Assembly (NCBI GenBank): GCA_963555995.3
Contig: OY821641.1
Span: forward strand, 1,152,001 to 1,216,000
Source: Vicinamibacteria bacterium
Lineage (GTDB): Bacteria > Acidobacteriota > Vicinamibacteria > Marinacidobacterales > Marinacidobacteraceae
DNA: 64,000 nt
Direction: 5' to 3'
The notes under the pieces were generated by a model, which was given only the letters and a program-made list of their open reading frames with translations, was not told where the DNA came from and searched no databases. This document shows positions 18,206-26,966 of the stretch, piece by piece (position 1 is the first letter of the stretch; each line of letters opens with the position of its first letter). Made by a program: the position numbers and the translations under genes.

Positions 18206-19096
18206 ATGCGCTTCCTCCTCCTTTCCCTCGTTCTCCTCGTCGGGGCTCCGGCCCCGGCCGCCGCCCAGGCGCAGGATGCCGAACGGCGCATCCTCGAACA
18301 CGTCCGGGACACGCTGCAACCCGGCGAGCGGCTGCTGCTGTCGGCGCTCGTGGAGCGGTTCCAGGCCCCCGACGAACAGCGGGCGCTCGGGCGGCTCAAC
18401 GACGTCTTCTTCCGCACCCCGCTCTTCATCCTCGAGTTCGAGGGCCGCGAGGGACGGCTGCCGACCCTGTCGGAGATCTCGGGGCAGTTCTCGCTCTACG
18501 GCGAGGAGGCGGCCGACATCGTGCTGCGGATCATGGAATCCGACCCGCGGGTCCCCAGGTTCCTGGTCCGCGACGATGACGGGAACCTGGTGTCCATCAA
18601 CGAGGAGATGATCCGCGCCGACGAGCGGTTCGCGGTCGCCGTGGACCGGAGCCTCACCGGCTGGGAGGGCCGCACGCTTCCGGAGGTCGCCGGAGAGCGG
18701 CTTCTCGGCGGGGACGCGGCGCTCGCCGACCTGATGGACGACGCGACCCTCGTCTACGTGTGGTTCACGAACTGCCCGCCCTGCGTCCAGATCGCGCCGG
18801 TGCTGCAGGCGCTCCACCAGGACCTCGGCGACCAGGGGCTCACCATCGTCGGCCTGAACGCCGACCGGGTCCTGAAGTTGCCCTATACCGACGACGACCG
18901 CGCCGCGCACCAGGAGAAAGGCGGGGTGACCTTCGAGAACCTCCACCTCACCGAAGAGGATCGGGCGGAGCTCGGGAACGTCAACATCTTCCCGACCCTG
19001 TTCCTCGCGGGACGCGACGGGACCATCGTCCGCCACTTCGTGAACTTCCAGGAGCGGGAGACGCTCGAGCCCGCCATCCGCGAACTGCTGCCGTAG
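18206..19096 (+). CDS. Exported TlpA/ResA-like thiol-disulfide oxidoreductase with N-terminal extension
   Basis: Signal peptide, WFTNCPPC active site, IVGLNAD, FPTLFLAGRDG (cis-Pro). Confidence 0.82.
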   Translation: MRFLLLSLVLLVGAPAPAAAQAQDAERRILEHVRDTLQPGERLLLSALVERFQAPDEQRALGRLNDVFFRTPLFILEFEGREGRLPTLSEISGQFSLYGEEAADIVLRIMESDPRVPRFLVRDDDGNLVSINEEMIRADERFAVAVDRSLTGWEGRTLPEVAGERLLGGDAALADLMDDATLVYVWFTNCPPCVQIAPVLQALHQDLGDQGLTIVGLNADRVLKLPYTDDDRAAHQEKGGVTFENLHLTEEDRAELGNVNIFPTLFLAGRDGTIVRHFVNFQERETLEPAIRELLP

Positions 19097-19119
19097 GGGG
19101 CTGGCCACCTGGCGCCACG

Positions 19120-19290
19120 GGCTGGGAGCGCCGGTCTTCAGACCGGCACGCGCCGCGCGATAGCGCGGCGCACGGCACGACGCCGAGCGGCGTGGTGGCG
19201 CTCTCCTCTCGATTCATCATCACACACAGCGACACGACATCCGCGGGCCTTCGGCCCGCTGTGCCGCTCTGAAGAGCGGCGCTCCCAGCC
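19120..19290. repeat. Composite REP-bounded repeat (copy 2)
   Basis: REP at 19125-19149 and inverted REP at 19261-19285; internal sequence similar to 4176-4336. Confidence 0.88.
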
Positions 19291-19379
19291 GTTCCCGTTG
19301 TTCTCATGCCGGCGGAGTGACCCGGAAAACCCGATTACGGTTTGGTACCGGTGCTCACGAACAAGAAGCGATCAGTGAT

Positions 19380-19409
19380 CTTGACAAGAAATCACTCATA
19401 TCTTATACT
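19380..19409 (+). promoter_or_regulatory. sigma70 promoter of the dnaK operon with overlapping HAIR-like HspR operator
   Basis: TTGACA (19381)-17 nt-TATACT (19404). CTTGACA-N7-ACTCATA at 19380-19400 matches HAIR CTTGAGT-N7-ACTCAAG at 5/7 plus 5/7; hspR lies in the operon. Confidence 0.8.
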
Positions 19410-19471
19410 TTGGGCTGGCTAAGGGAAAAGCCATTCTGGTCCGCTTGGCCTGTCTGTCGAGGAGAGATGTC

Positions 19472-19624
19472 ATGACAGTCACCGCCGTGTTGAGCGCAAA
19501 GGAAATCGCCGCCATCGGTGCAATCGTCATCGTTGGCATGGTGGCCCTTGTCGGGATCGGGCGGGCCACCCAATCCAACCCAACAGGAGATCTGAAGCAG
19601 AATGAGCAAGATCATCGGTATTGA
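19472..19624 (+). CDS. Putative 50-aa single-pass membrane protein in the dnaK leader
   Basis: GAGGAG RBS 7 nt before ATG; [50 protein letters not shown]; overlaps the dnaK start by 23 nt. Confidence 0.5.
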   Translation: MTVTAVLSAKEIAAIGAIVIVGMVALVGIGRATQSNPTGDLKQNEQDHRY

Positions 19625-21533
19625 TCTGGGGACGACCAACTCGGTGGTCGCCGTGATGGAGGGCGGACAGCCCACCATCATCCCGAACGCCGAGGGCGGC
19701 CGCACGACCGCGTCGGTCGTCGGCGTTTCGAAGTCCGGCGAGCGCCTGGTCGGCGAGGTCGCGAAGCGGCAGGCGATCACCAACGCCGCGAACACGGTGT
19801 TCTCCATCAAGCGGTTCATGGGCCGCCGCTACGACGAGGCCGCCGACGAGCGGGAGTCCGCCCCGTACCAGGTCCTCCGGAAGGACGACGGCGGCATCGA
19901 GGCGCTGCTCGGCGACAACAAGTACACGCCGCCACAGATCTCGGCGATGGTGCTCCAGAAGATGAAGGCCTCGGCCGAGGCCCACCTCGGCGGGAGCGTC
20001 GAGCGGGCGGTCATCACCGTCCCCGCCTATTTCAACGACTCGCAGCGTCAGGCCACCAAGGACGCCGGCGAGATCGCCGGACTGGAGGTGGTGCGGATCG
20101 TCAACGAGCCGACCGCCGCCGCGCTCGCCTACGGGCTCGACAAGCAGAAGAGCGAGAAGATCGCGGTCTACGACTTCGGCGGCGGGACCTTCGACATCTC
20201 GATCCTCGAGGTCGGCGAGGGGGTGGTCGAGGTCCGTTCCACGAACGGAGACACCTATCTCGGCGGCGACGATCTCGACAAGCGGGTGATGGACTGGATC
20301 GTCGCCGAGTTCCGGAAGTCCGACGGGATTGACCTGTCGAAAGACCGGATGGCGCTGCAGCGTCTCAAGGACGCCGCCGAAAAGGCCAAGATCGAGCTCT
20401 CGACCACCCACGAGACCGAGATCAACCTCCCCTTCATCACCGCCGACGCCTCCGGGCCGAAACACCTGGCGCTCACCCTGTCGCGGGCGCGGCTCGACGC
20501 GCTGATCGGAGACCTGCTCGAACGCACCCGCAAGCCCTGCCTCCAGGCGCTGGAGGACGCCGGGCTCGCGGAAGGCGGCATTGACGAGGTCGTGCTGGTG
20601 GGCGGCTCGACCCGGATCCCCCGGGTCCAGGAACTCGCCAAGGAGATCTTCGGGGCGGAACCGCACCAGGGCGTGAACCCGGACGAAGTGGTCGCGCTCG
20701 GCGCCGCGATCCAGGCCGGCGTGCTCGGCGGCGACGTCAAGGACCTGCTGCTGCTGGACGTGACGCCGCTGTCCCTCGGGATCGAGACGCTGGGCGGGGT
20801 CTTCACCTCGCTCATCAAGCGCAACACCACGATTCCGCACCGGGCGAGCGACGTCTTCTCCACCGCGAGCGACAACCAGACGCAGGTCGAGGTGCACGTC
20901 CTCCAGGGCGAGCGCTCCATGGCCGCCGACAACCGCACCCTCGGGAAGTTCAACCTGGTCGGCATCCCGCCGGCCCCCCGCGGGGTGCCGCAGATCGAGG
21001 TGGCCTTCGACATTGATGCGAACGGCATCGTCAACGTCTCGGCGAAGGACCGGGCCACCGGCCGCGAACAGGCGATCACCATCACCGCCTCGAGCGGGCT
21101 CTCGAAGGACGAGATCGAGACCATGAAGGCGGAGGCCGCCTCCAACGAGGAGGCCGACAAGACGCGGAAGGAAGAGGTCGAGTTCCGCAACGAGACGGAT
21201 TCCCTCGCGCACCAGGTCGAGAAGACCCTGAACGAGAACCGCGACAAGATCGAGAGTTCGGACGCCGAGGAGATCGAAAAGGCGCTGGCGACGGTGCGCG
21301 CCGCGCTCGCCGACGGCGACATGGAACGGATCCGGGCGGGGCGTTCCGAAGTGGAGAAGGCGAGCCACCGGCTGGCGGAGGTCATGTACAAGAAGACCTC
21401 CGAGACCGACGGCGCCGCCGGGGCCCAGGATCCGGCCGCCCCGCCGCCCCCTCCGCCGCCGGGCGGAGGCAAGCGCAAGGGCAACGGCGCGGCGGACGAC
21501 ATCATTGACGCGGAGGTCGTGGGCGACAACTGA
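19602..21533 (+). CDS. dnaK: Chaperone DnaK (Hsp70)
   Basis: [48 protein letters not shown]. Confidence 0.99.
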   Translation: MSKIIGIDLGTTNSVVAVMEGGQPTIIPNAEGGRTTASVVGVSKSGERLVGEVAKRQAITNAANTVFSIKRFMGRRYDEAADERESAPYQVLRKDDGGIEALLGDNKYTPPQISAMVLQKMKASAEAHLGGSVERAVITVPAYFNDSQRQATKDAGEIAGLEVVRIVNEPTAAALAYGLDKQKSEKIAVYDFGGGTFDISILEVGEGVVEVRSTNGDTYLGGDDLDKRVMDWIVAEFRKSDGIDLSKDRMALQRLKDAAEKAKIELSTTHETEINLPFITADASGPKHLALTLSRARLDALIGDLLERTRKPCLQALEDAGLAEGGIDEVVLVGGSTRIPRVQELAKEIFGAEPHQGVNPDEVVALGAAIQAGVLGGDVKDLLLLDVTPLSLGIETLGGVFTSLIKRNTTIPHRASDVFSTASDNQTQVEVHVLQGERSMAADNRTLGKFNLVGIPPAPRGVPQIEVAFDIDANGIVNVSAKDRATGREQAITITASSGLSKDEIETMKAEAASNEEADKTRKEEVEFRNETDSLAHQVEKTLNENRDKIESSDAEEIEKALATVRAALADGDMERIRAGRSEVEKASHRLAEVMYKKTSETDGAAGAQDPAAPPPPPPPGGGKRKGNGAADDIIDAEVVGDN

Positions 21534-21565
21534 CGCGATCGCCAACGCCTGCCTCCCGGCGCGAA

Positions 21566-22687
21566 ATGCCCCCGCCCGCCGATTACTACGCGGTCCTGGG
21601 GGTCGGGCGCGACGCGGACGTCCCGCGCATCCGGCAGGCGTACCGGCGGCTCGCCCGGCGCCTCCACCCCGACCTGAACCCCAACGACCGCGTCGTCGAG
21701 GAGCGGTTCCGGCAGATCCAGCGGGCCTTCGAGATCCTGGGTGATCCCGACCGCCGCGCCGAGTACGACCGGCACGGCGGGGCGGAGCCGGCCCCCGCGC
21801 GGGTCCAGCGGGTGCACTACGGGTTCGCCGGGTTCGACTTCGGCGAGGCGCCCGCGAAGGAGGAGTGGGCGCTCCACGAGATCTTCGGCGGATCCGAGGG
21901 TTCCGAGTCCGGATCCGCCGAGGCCGATCCCGACATCCACGCCCGCGAACGGATCTCCTTCGTCGAGTCGCTGGAGGGCAAACAGGTCCGGCTGCGCGTG
22001 AACCGCCGGGAGATCTGCGGCCCCTGCGGGGGACGGGGAGAACGCCCGGTCGGGGAAACGGCGCCCCAGGGAATCGAGTGCACCGCCTGCGGCGGCGCCG
22101 GCCGCCGGCTCCGGCGCTACGGGCACATGGTGTTCGCCCGTCCGTGCCGGCGCTGCGGCGGGCAGGGGACGCTGTTCCACACCGCCTGTTCCTCCTGCGG
22201 GGGGCGCGGCAACCGGGTCCGGTCGGTCCGGGTGGTCGCGCGGGTGCCCGCCGGGGTCTCCGACGGAGCGACGGTGGTCGTGGACGGTCAGGGGCACGAG
22301 CGGCTCCCGGGCGAGCCGGTCGGAAACCTCCGGCTGCACGTCGAGGTCGCTCCCCATCCGGTCCTCGAGCGCCGGGGCGACAACCTCGTCTGTCCCCTGC
22401 CGCTGACGCTCGCGGAAGCCACGCTCGGGGGACGCGTCGAGGTTCCCACGCTTGCCGGGAACGTCGCGGTGCGGCTGCCGCCCGGAGTCCAGCCGGGCAC
22501 CCGGCTGCGGCTCGCCGGGCGCGGCGTCCCCTCGATCCGCGGGGACGGCCGCGGCGACCTCTTCCTCGAGGTACGGATCCACATCCCGGAGATCCGGGAC
22601 GACCGGTCGCGGGACCTGGTCCGCGAGCTGGAGGAGCGTTACCCGGAGTCGCCTCGCGACGCCCTCCGTGAGAAGCTTCGCCAATAG
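21566..22687 (+). CDS. dnaJ: Chaperone DnaJ
   Basis: J-domain HPD, four CxxCGGxG zinc-finger repeats, C-terminal DnaJ domain. Confidence 0.93.
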   Translation: MPPPADYYAVLGVGRDADVPRIRQAYRRLARRLHPDLNPNDRVVEERFRQIQRAFEILGDPDRRAEYDRHGGAEPAPARVQRVHYGFAGFDFGEAPAKEEWALHEIFGGSEGSESGSAEADPDIHARERISFVESLEGKQVRLRVNRREICGPCGGRGERPVGETAPQGIECTACGGAGRRLRRYGHMVFARPCRRCGGQGTLFHTACSSCGGRGNRVRSVRVVARVPAGVSDGATVVVDGQGHERLPGEPVGNLRLHVEVAPHPVLERRGDNLVCPLPLTLAEATLGGRVEVPTLAGNVAVRLPPGVQPGTRLRLAGRGVPSIRGDGRGDLFLEVRIHIPEIRDDRSRDLVRELEERYPESPRDALREKLRQ

Positions 22688-22783
22688 CAGCCCGTGGAAA
22701 AAGCACCCCGCACCGTTTCCGAAGGGATCGGCGCACCGACTCTGTCACTGTTCGCGGGTGCGGGGTGCTTTCCCCACGGGTTG
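22688..22783. mobile_element. Short MITE-like element with about 26-bp inverted ends
   Basis: CAGCCCGTGGAAAAAGCACCCCGCAC ... GTGCGGGGTGCTTTCCCCACGGGTTG; begins immediately after the dnaJ TAG. Confidence 0.65.
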
Positions 22784-22906
22784 ATGGCGCGCGGCGCTGC
22801 GCGCTGCGCGCCATCGTTTTTCGTGGGGAGGGGAAACCCCTCCCCACACCTCTCCCCCGCGGCGCTGCGCGCCGCGAAGGGGCGGTGGCAGACTTTCTCC
22901 ACCCAG

Positions 22907-23175
22907 CAGCCTGTGGACAAAGTCACGCGGCATTCCCGAGCCAAGAGGGATAGGAGCCGGGTGAACCCGTCCCCTGTCCCTCTCGCTCCGGGGTCTGCGC
23001 GGGGCTCACGCCCCGCTAACGACGCGAACGCCGATGCATCCCGCCCGAACCGCGCCTCTACGAGGCGCTCTGCGTTGCGTTTCGGTCGGAATACACTCGG
23101 TATTCCTCTCTCACGCGCCTTGTCAGCCGGGCGCCTCGACGTTCTCGGTGCTCACGTCACTGTATCCACAGGCTG
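22907..23175. mobile_element. MITE-like element (copy 2) with about 90-bp internal hairpin insertion
   Basis: CAGCCTGTGGACAAAGTCAC ... GTCACTGTATCCACAGGCTG followed by CTAG; colinear with 40760-40938 apart from extra 22936-23026. Confidence 0.82.
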
Positions 23176-23194
23176 CTAGCAGCCGGTCCCGACA

Positions 23195-23632
23195 ATGAGC
23201 GCCGAGCGCCGGAAGGGCGTCTACATGATCAGCGCGGTGGCCGAGCTGTTCGGCATCCACCCGCAGACGTTGCGGCTCTATGAGCGCGAGGGCCTGCTCC
23301 GGCCGTCGCGCACCGAAGGGAATACCCGCGTCTATACCGACGAGGACCTCGAACAGTTGCAGACCATCCTCAACCTCCGGGAACTCGGGGTGAATCTCGC
23401 CGGCGTGGACATCATCCTGAACATGCGCGCGAAGATGCAGCGGATGCAGGAGGAGATCACCCAGTTCACCGATTTCGTGCACCGGGAGCTGTCGCGGGAG
23501 GACAACGCGTTGAGCGAGCGCGCCAGGAACGCGCTGGTCCGGCTGCCGCGGAAGGACATCGTCCCCGCCGGTCCGGGTGCGGACGCGGGACCGGCGGGCG
23601 ACGCGGCGCCGTCCCGTCCCCGAAGTTCGTAG
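23195..23632 (+). CDS. hspR: MerR-family heat-shock repressor HspR
   Basis: YMISAVAELFGIHPQTLRLYEREGLLRPSRTEGNTRVY, LGVNLAGV; position downstream of dnaK-dnaJ. Confidence 0.9.
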   Translation: MSAERRKGVYMISAVAELFGIHPQTLRLYEREGLLRPSRTEGNTRVYTDEDLEQLQTILNLRELGVNLAGVDIILNMRAKMQRMQEEITQFTDFVHRELSREDNALSERARNALVRLPRKDIVPAGPGADAGPAGDAAPSRPRSS

Positions 23633-23651
23633 GAAACGGTTCTTGCCGGCA

Positions 23652-24368
23652 GTGCAGACCTGTCCCGACTGCGGTGACACGGGGTGGAAGGCGACCGCCC
23701 GGCCGGACGGGTCGCCCGCGGTGGCGGCCTGCGGGTGCCGGGACGCGGCGCAGGCTCCGGTCCGTCTCGAGGACATCGGGGTCCCGCCCCGTTTTTCCGA
23801 GCGGGCGCGGTTCGACTACTTCTTCAAGGTGTCTCCCGCCCTCGAGCGTGCCCGGCAGACCGTTTACAAGTGGGCCGACGCGTATCCGGACGTCAAGTCG
23901 GGACTGCTGCTCACCGGGCCGGCCGGAGTGGGCAAGACCCACCTCGCCGTATCCCTGCTCCGCCACATCCTCCTCGAGCGGGGATTCCCGGTCCGCGCGC
24001 GCTTCGAATACGTGCCGCGGCTGCTGCGGGACGTGCAGCGGGTGTGGAACGACCCCCTGCTGATTGACGAACGCCGGTTGGCGGACGTCACGCGCGCCGA
24101 GATCGTGGTCCTCGACCAGCTCGGGGCGGACACCGGCTGGGACAAGCGGGTGCAGGAGCGGCTCCTCTACATCCTGAACCGGTGCCTCCTTGGCGAGTGC
24201 GTCCTGATCTGCACCACGACGTTCCCGTTGCAGGCGGCCGAGCAGGCGACCCTCGCCGACCAGATCACGGCGCGCGGGGTGTCGCTGCTGCACGAGGCCT
24301 GCCGGGTGATTCCCATGCCGGGCGAGGACTATCGCGATAAGGTCATCAATCCCGGGCTGAGCGTCTAG
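23652..24368 (+). CDS. DnaC/IstB-like AAA+ protein with N-terminal zinc finger
   Basis: CPDCGDTG...ACGC, Walker A GPAGVGKT, Walker B VVLDQLG, C-terminal GEDYR; GTG start approximate. Confidence 0.8.
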   Translation: MQTCPDCGDTGWKATARPDGSPAVAACGCRDAAQAPVRLEDIGVPPRFSERARFDYFFKVSPALERARQTVYKWADAYPDVKSGLLLTGPAGVGKTHLAVSLLRHILLERGFPVRARFEYVPRLLRDVQRVWNDPLLIDERRLADVTRAEIVVLDQLGADTGWDKRVQERLLYILNRCLLGECVLICTTTFPLQAAEQATLADQITARGVSLLHEACRVIPMPGEDYRDKVINPGLSV

Positions 24369-24402
24369 CCGCCCGATGCACCATCGAAGGAGATTTCAGG
24401 TC

Positions 24403-25236
24403 ATGCGCACCCTTCTCACCGCACTCATCCTTTCCGTCGGGATGCCGGTTCTGGGACTCGCCCAGAGCCCGGACCCCGACAAACCGCGTCCGATCCCGAT
24501 CCGGGACAGCGTCTTCATTGAGGACCTCACCTGGATGGAAGTGCGCGACCTGATCGCGGACGGCAGGAACACCGCGATCGTGGCGAGCGGCGGCGTCGAG
24601 CAGAACGGTCCCTACCTGGTCACCGGCAAGCACAACGTGCTGCTCCGGGGTGTGACCGAGGCGATCGCCCGAGATCTCGGGAACGCGCTGGTGGCCCCGA
24701 TTCTCAAGCTGGTGCCCGAGGGCGACTTCGATCCGCCCACGGGCCATATGCGCTATCCGGGGACGGTGGGGCTCAGCGAGGAGACGTTCCGGGCGGTGCT
24801 CCGGGACGTGGCCTCGAGCCTCCGGGCCAGCGGCTTCGACCACATCATCTTCCTCGGTGACAGCGGCGGCAACCAGGCCGGAATGCAGGCGGTGGCCGAG
24901 GAGATGCACGCCAAGTGGAACGGATCTCCCGGCGTTCACTTCATTCCCGAGTTCTACGACGTGATGGGTCTCCGGACCTGGCTCGCCGACAACGGCATCA
25001 ACGAGGAGCCGGAGGGCATCCACGACGAGTTCGCGATGGCGGCGATGATGGCGGCGGTGGACCCGAACTCCATCCGCCCGTCGGAGCGGCGCCAGGCCGG
25101 CCTCTTCCGGATCAACGGCGTGGATCTCGATCCGCTGGACGAGACCGTCGCCTGGGGCCTTCGTCTCTTCCGGCACCGCTCCGAGGTGACGGTCAAGGCC
25201 ATCAAGGCCGCCATCGCGTCCCACTCCACGAACTAG
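24403..25236 (+). CDS. Creatininase/amidohydrolase family protein with signal peptide
   Basis: EDLTWMEVRD, GGVEQNGPYL, GKH, YPGTV, GDSGGNQ, GIHD. Confidence 0.85.
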   Translation: MRTLLTALILSVGMPVLGLAQSPDPDKPRPIPIRDSVFIEDLTWMEVRDLIADGRNTAIVASGGVEQNGPYLVTGKHNVLLRGVTEAIARDLGNALVAPILKLVPEGDFDPPTGHMRYPGTVGLSEETFRAVLRDVASSLRASGFDHIIFLGDSGGNQAGMQAVAEEMHAKWNGSPGVHFIPEFYDVMGLRTWLADNGINEEPEGIHDEFAMAAMMAAVDPNSIRPSERRQAGLFRINGVDLDPLDETVAWGLRLFRHRSEVTVKAIKAAIASHSTN

Positions 25237-25249
25237 GCGGCCCCGGCTC

Positions 25250-25269
25250 GGAGCGCCGGCCCTGCCGGC
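25250..25269 (+). repeat. Single REP-like palindrome between convergent genes
   Basis: GGAGCGCCGGCCCTGCCGGC. Confidence 0.6.
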
Positions 25270-25307
25270 GCCCGCCGCGCGAGAGCGCAGCGGGACCGCG
25301 CCACGCA

Positions 25308-26225
25308 CTACATCGTCGGGGTTCTGCGAATCGCGGCCCAGCCCGGATCCGGGTCGCCGGCCATTACCTTCCGGATTGCGGCGCCGGCGGGTCCGGCCGT
25401 GCCCCAGCGGTCCGCAATCTCGGGCGTCCGTTTCCACACCGTGGGTTCGTGGGTTGCCTCGTCGGCGATGTGCTCCATGTCGCTCGTGTACTCGCACACG
25501 TAGCCGGCGGGATCCCTGAAGTAGCAGAAGATGTTGTTGCCCGGCCCGTGACGCCCGGGCCCCCAGTCGGGCTCGTGCCCGCGGGCGCGCAGGTTGGCGA
25601 GACCGGTCATCACGCCGTCCACGTTCGCCATCACGTACGCCACGTGGTTGACCGAGGCGTACGGCGCGCGATGGAAGGCGAGGACGTGGTGTTTCCGACC
25701 GCAGCGCAGGAACGCCATCCGGTCCTCGATCCAGTCCGAGACCCGGAACCCCAGGACCTCGGTGTAGAACGCGACGATCCGATCGAACCGGGCGGTGTTC
25801 AGGACCACGTGGCAGAGTCGGCGCGGCTCGACGCGGCCGGCGGACCAGCCGTTCGGGTGTTCGGCGACGCCCGCCGACAGCTCGATGCAGCGGTTCTCTG
25901 GGTCGAGCAGGCGGAGGCCGTAACCGCCGCCCGGCGCCTCGAGGTCGTGGGGCGGCGCCACGATGGGGACGCCGCGCTGTTCGAGTTCGGCTGCCGCCGC
26001 AGCGATGGCCCCGCGGCCGTCCACGCGGAAGGCGAGATGGTGCAGCCCGCGCCGGCCGGCCGGGTGCAGGCTGAGAATGTGGTGCTCGGACGACGATCCG
26101 CGGAAATACCGCGCGTGACGGTCTTCCCCGGCCGATTGCAGTCCCCAGGTCCGGAGGTAGAACCCGGCCTGCGCCGCAATCGCGGGCGACAGCAGCGCCA
26201 CTTGGCGGATGTCCCGGATCTTCAT
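25308..26225 (-). CDS. VOC-family extradiol ring-cleavage dioxygenase-like protein
   Basis: Two VOC domains; LCHVVL, FY..VLGFRVSD, HHVLAF, NHVAY, WGPGRHGPGNNIFCYFRDPAGYVCEY. Confidence 0.85.
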   Translation of the reverse strand: MKIRDIRQVALLSPAIAAQAGFYLRTWGLQSAGEDRHARYFRGSSSEHHILSLHPAGRRGLHHLAFRVDGRGAIAAAAAELEQRGVPIVAPPHDLEAPGGGYGLRLLDPENRCIELSAGVAEHPNGWSAGRVEPRRLCHVVLNTARFDRIVAFYTEVLGFRVSDWIEDRMAFLRCGRKHHVLAFHRAPYASVNHVAYVMANVDGVMTGLANLRARGHEPDWGPGRHGPGNNIFCYFRDPAGYVCEYTSDMEHIADEATHEPTVWKRTPEIADRWGTAGPAGAAIRKVMAGDPDPGWAAIRRTPTM

Positions 26226-26244
26226 CGGCAGGAAACCCCGTGCA

Positions 26245-26958
26245 TCAGGCGTCTCTCCTCCGGGTCAGCTCGATCCTCAGGTCCCGCCGGATATAGACCT
26301 CGAAGAACTCGCGCAGCCAGACCTCCTCGGCGAGCGTGAACCGGTCGGTCAGTTCCTGCGCGGGCCGTTCCGTGAGATAGACGATACGCCACCGGTTGAG
26401 CGGCCGCGATTCGTCGCCGCCGGCCGCGTGCTCGACGTGGAAGAGCGGCTGTCCGCCGCCGGCCCGCAGCCGGTTCCCGTCCTCGTCGAGGAGTTCCGAG
26501 GCTCCGATGAAGGTGGCGCTCTGCCGCGCGGGGTTCAGGAAGACCTGCTCGAGGACCAGCCCCCGCCGTGACGGCTCCAGCCACCGGCGCTGCTCGGAAC
26601 ATCGCGCGAACGACTCGGCGCCGCCGTCCGCCGTCCGCCGGCCCCAGTGGCGGGCGCTGCCCGCCGTCACGACGGACGGAATGTAGAGGTCGGGCCGGAA
26701 CGCCTTCTTCACCTCCATGTCCCACATCATGGTCCGGGTGAAGGTGAGCGGTTCGGTCGTTCGGTAGCGCTCGGCGAGCACCCGGTTGACGTCCACCGGA
26801 GGCAACTCGATGCGGGTGTTGCCCCGATCGGTCCAGGCCCGCTCGAACTCCGCTTCATGATCCAGCGAAGCGGCCGGCGTCGCCGCCGCCCGCTCGGGTG
26901 GTGACGCGGTCGTTCCCGGCGCCGCCGCCCTGCGTCGCGTCCGCACGTGGCCCCCCAT
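26245..26958 (-). CDS. Hypothetical protein, possibly START/SRPBCC (DUF1857/AtaL-like) fold
   Basis: Globular-looking C-terminal part of the 26245-28269 ORF (PVDVNRVL...LTFTRTMMWDMEVKKAFRPDLYIP). Start and fold uncertain. Confidence 0.55.
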   Translation of the reverse strand: MGGHVRTRRRAAAPGTTASPPERAAATPAASLDHEAEFERAWTDRGNTRIELPPVDVNRVLAERYRTTEPLTFTRTMMWDMEVKKAFRPDLYIPSVVTAGSARHWGRRTADGGAESFARCSEQRRWLEPSRRGLVLEQVFLNPARQSATFIGASELLDEDGNRLRAGGGQPLFHVEHAAGGDESRPLNRWRIVYLTERPAQELTDRFTLAEEVWLREFFEVYIRRDLRIELTRRRDA

Positions 26959-26966
26959 CCCGCTCG

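Noticed and set aside
19396-19578. 60-aa minus-strand ORF in the dnaK leader
   Set aside because: Antisense to the strong promoter with no clear RBS; the plus-strand 50-aa ORF has better signals.
19330-19600. CIRCE (HrcA) operator before dnaK
   Set aside because: No TTAGCACTC-N9-GAGTGCTAA match; a HAIR-like site fits instead.
21440-21465. Seven-proline run in the DnaK C-terminal tail
   Set aside because: DnaK tails are variable and low-complexity; no evidence of special function.
23652-24368. IS21 element or prophage replication module
   Set aside because: No istA transposase, IS21 ends, or phage genes adjacent.
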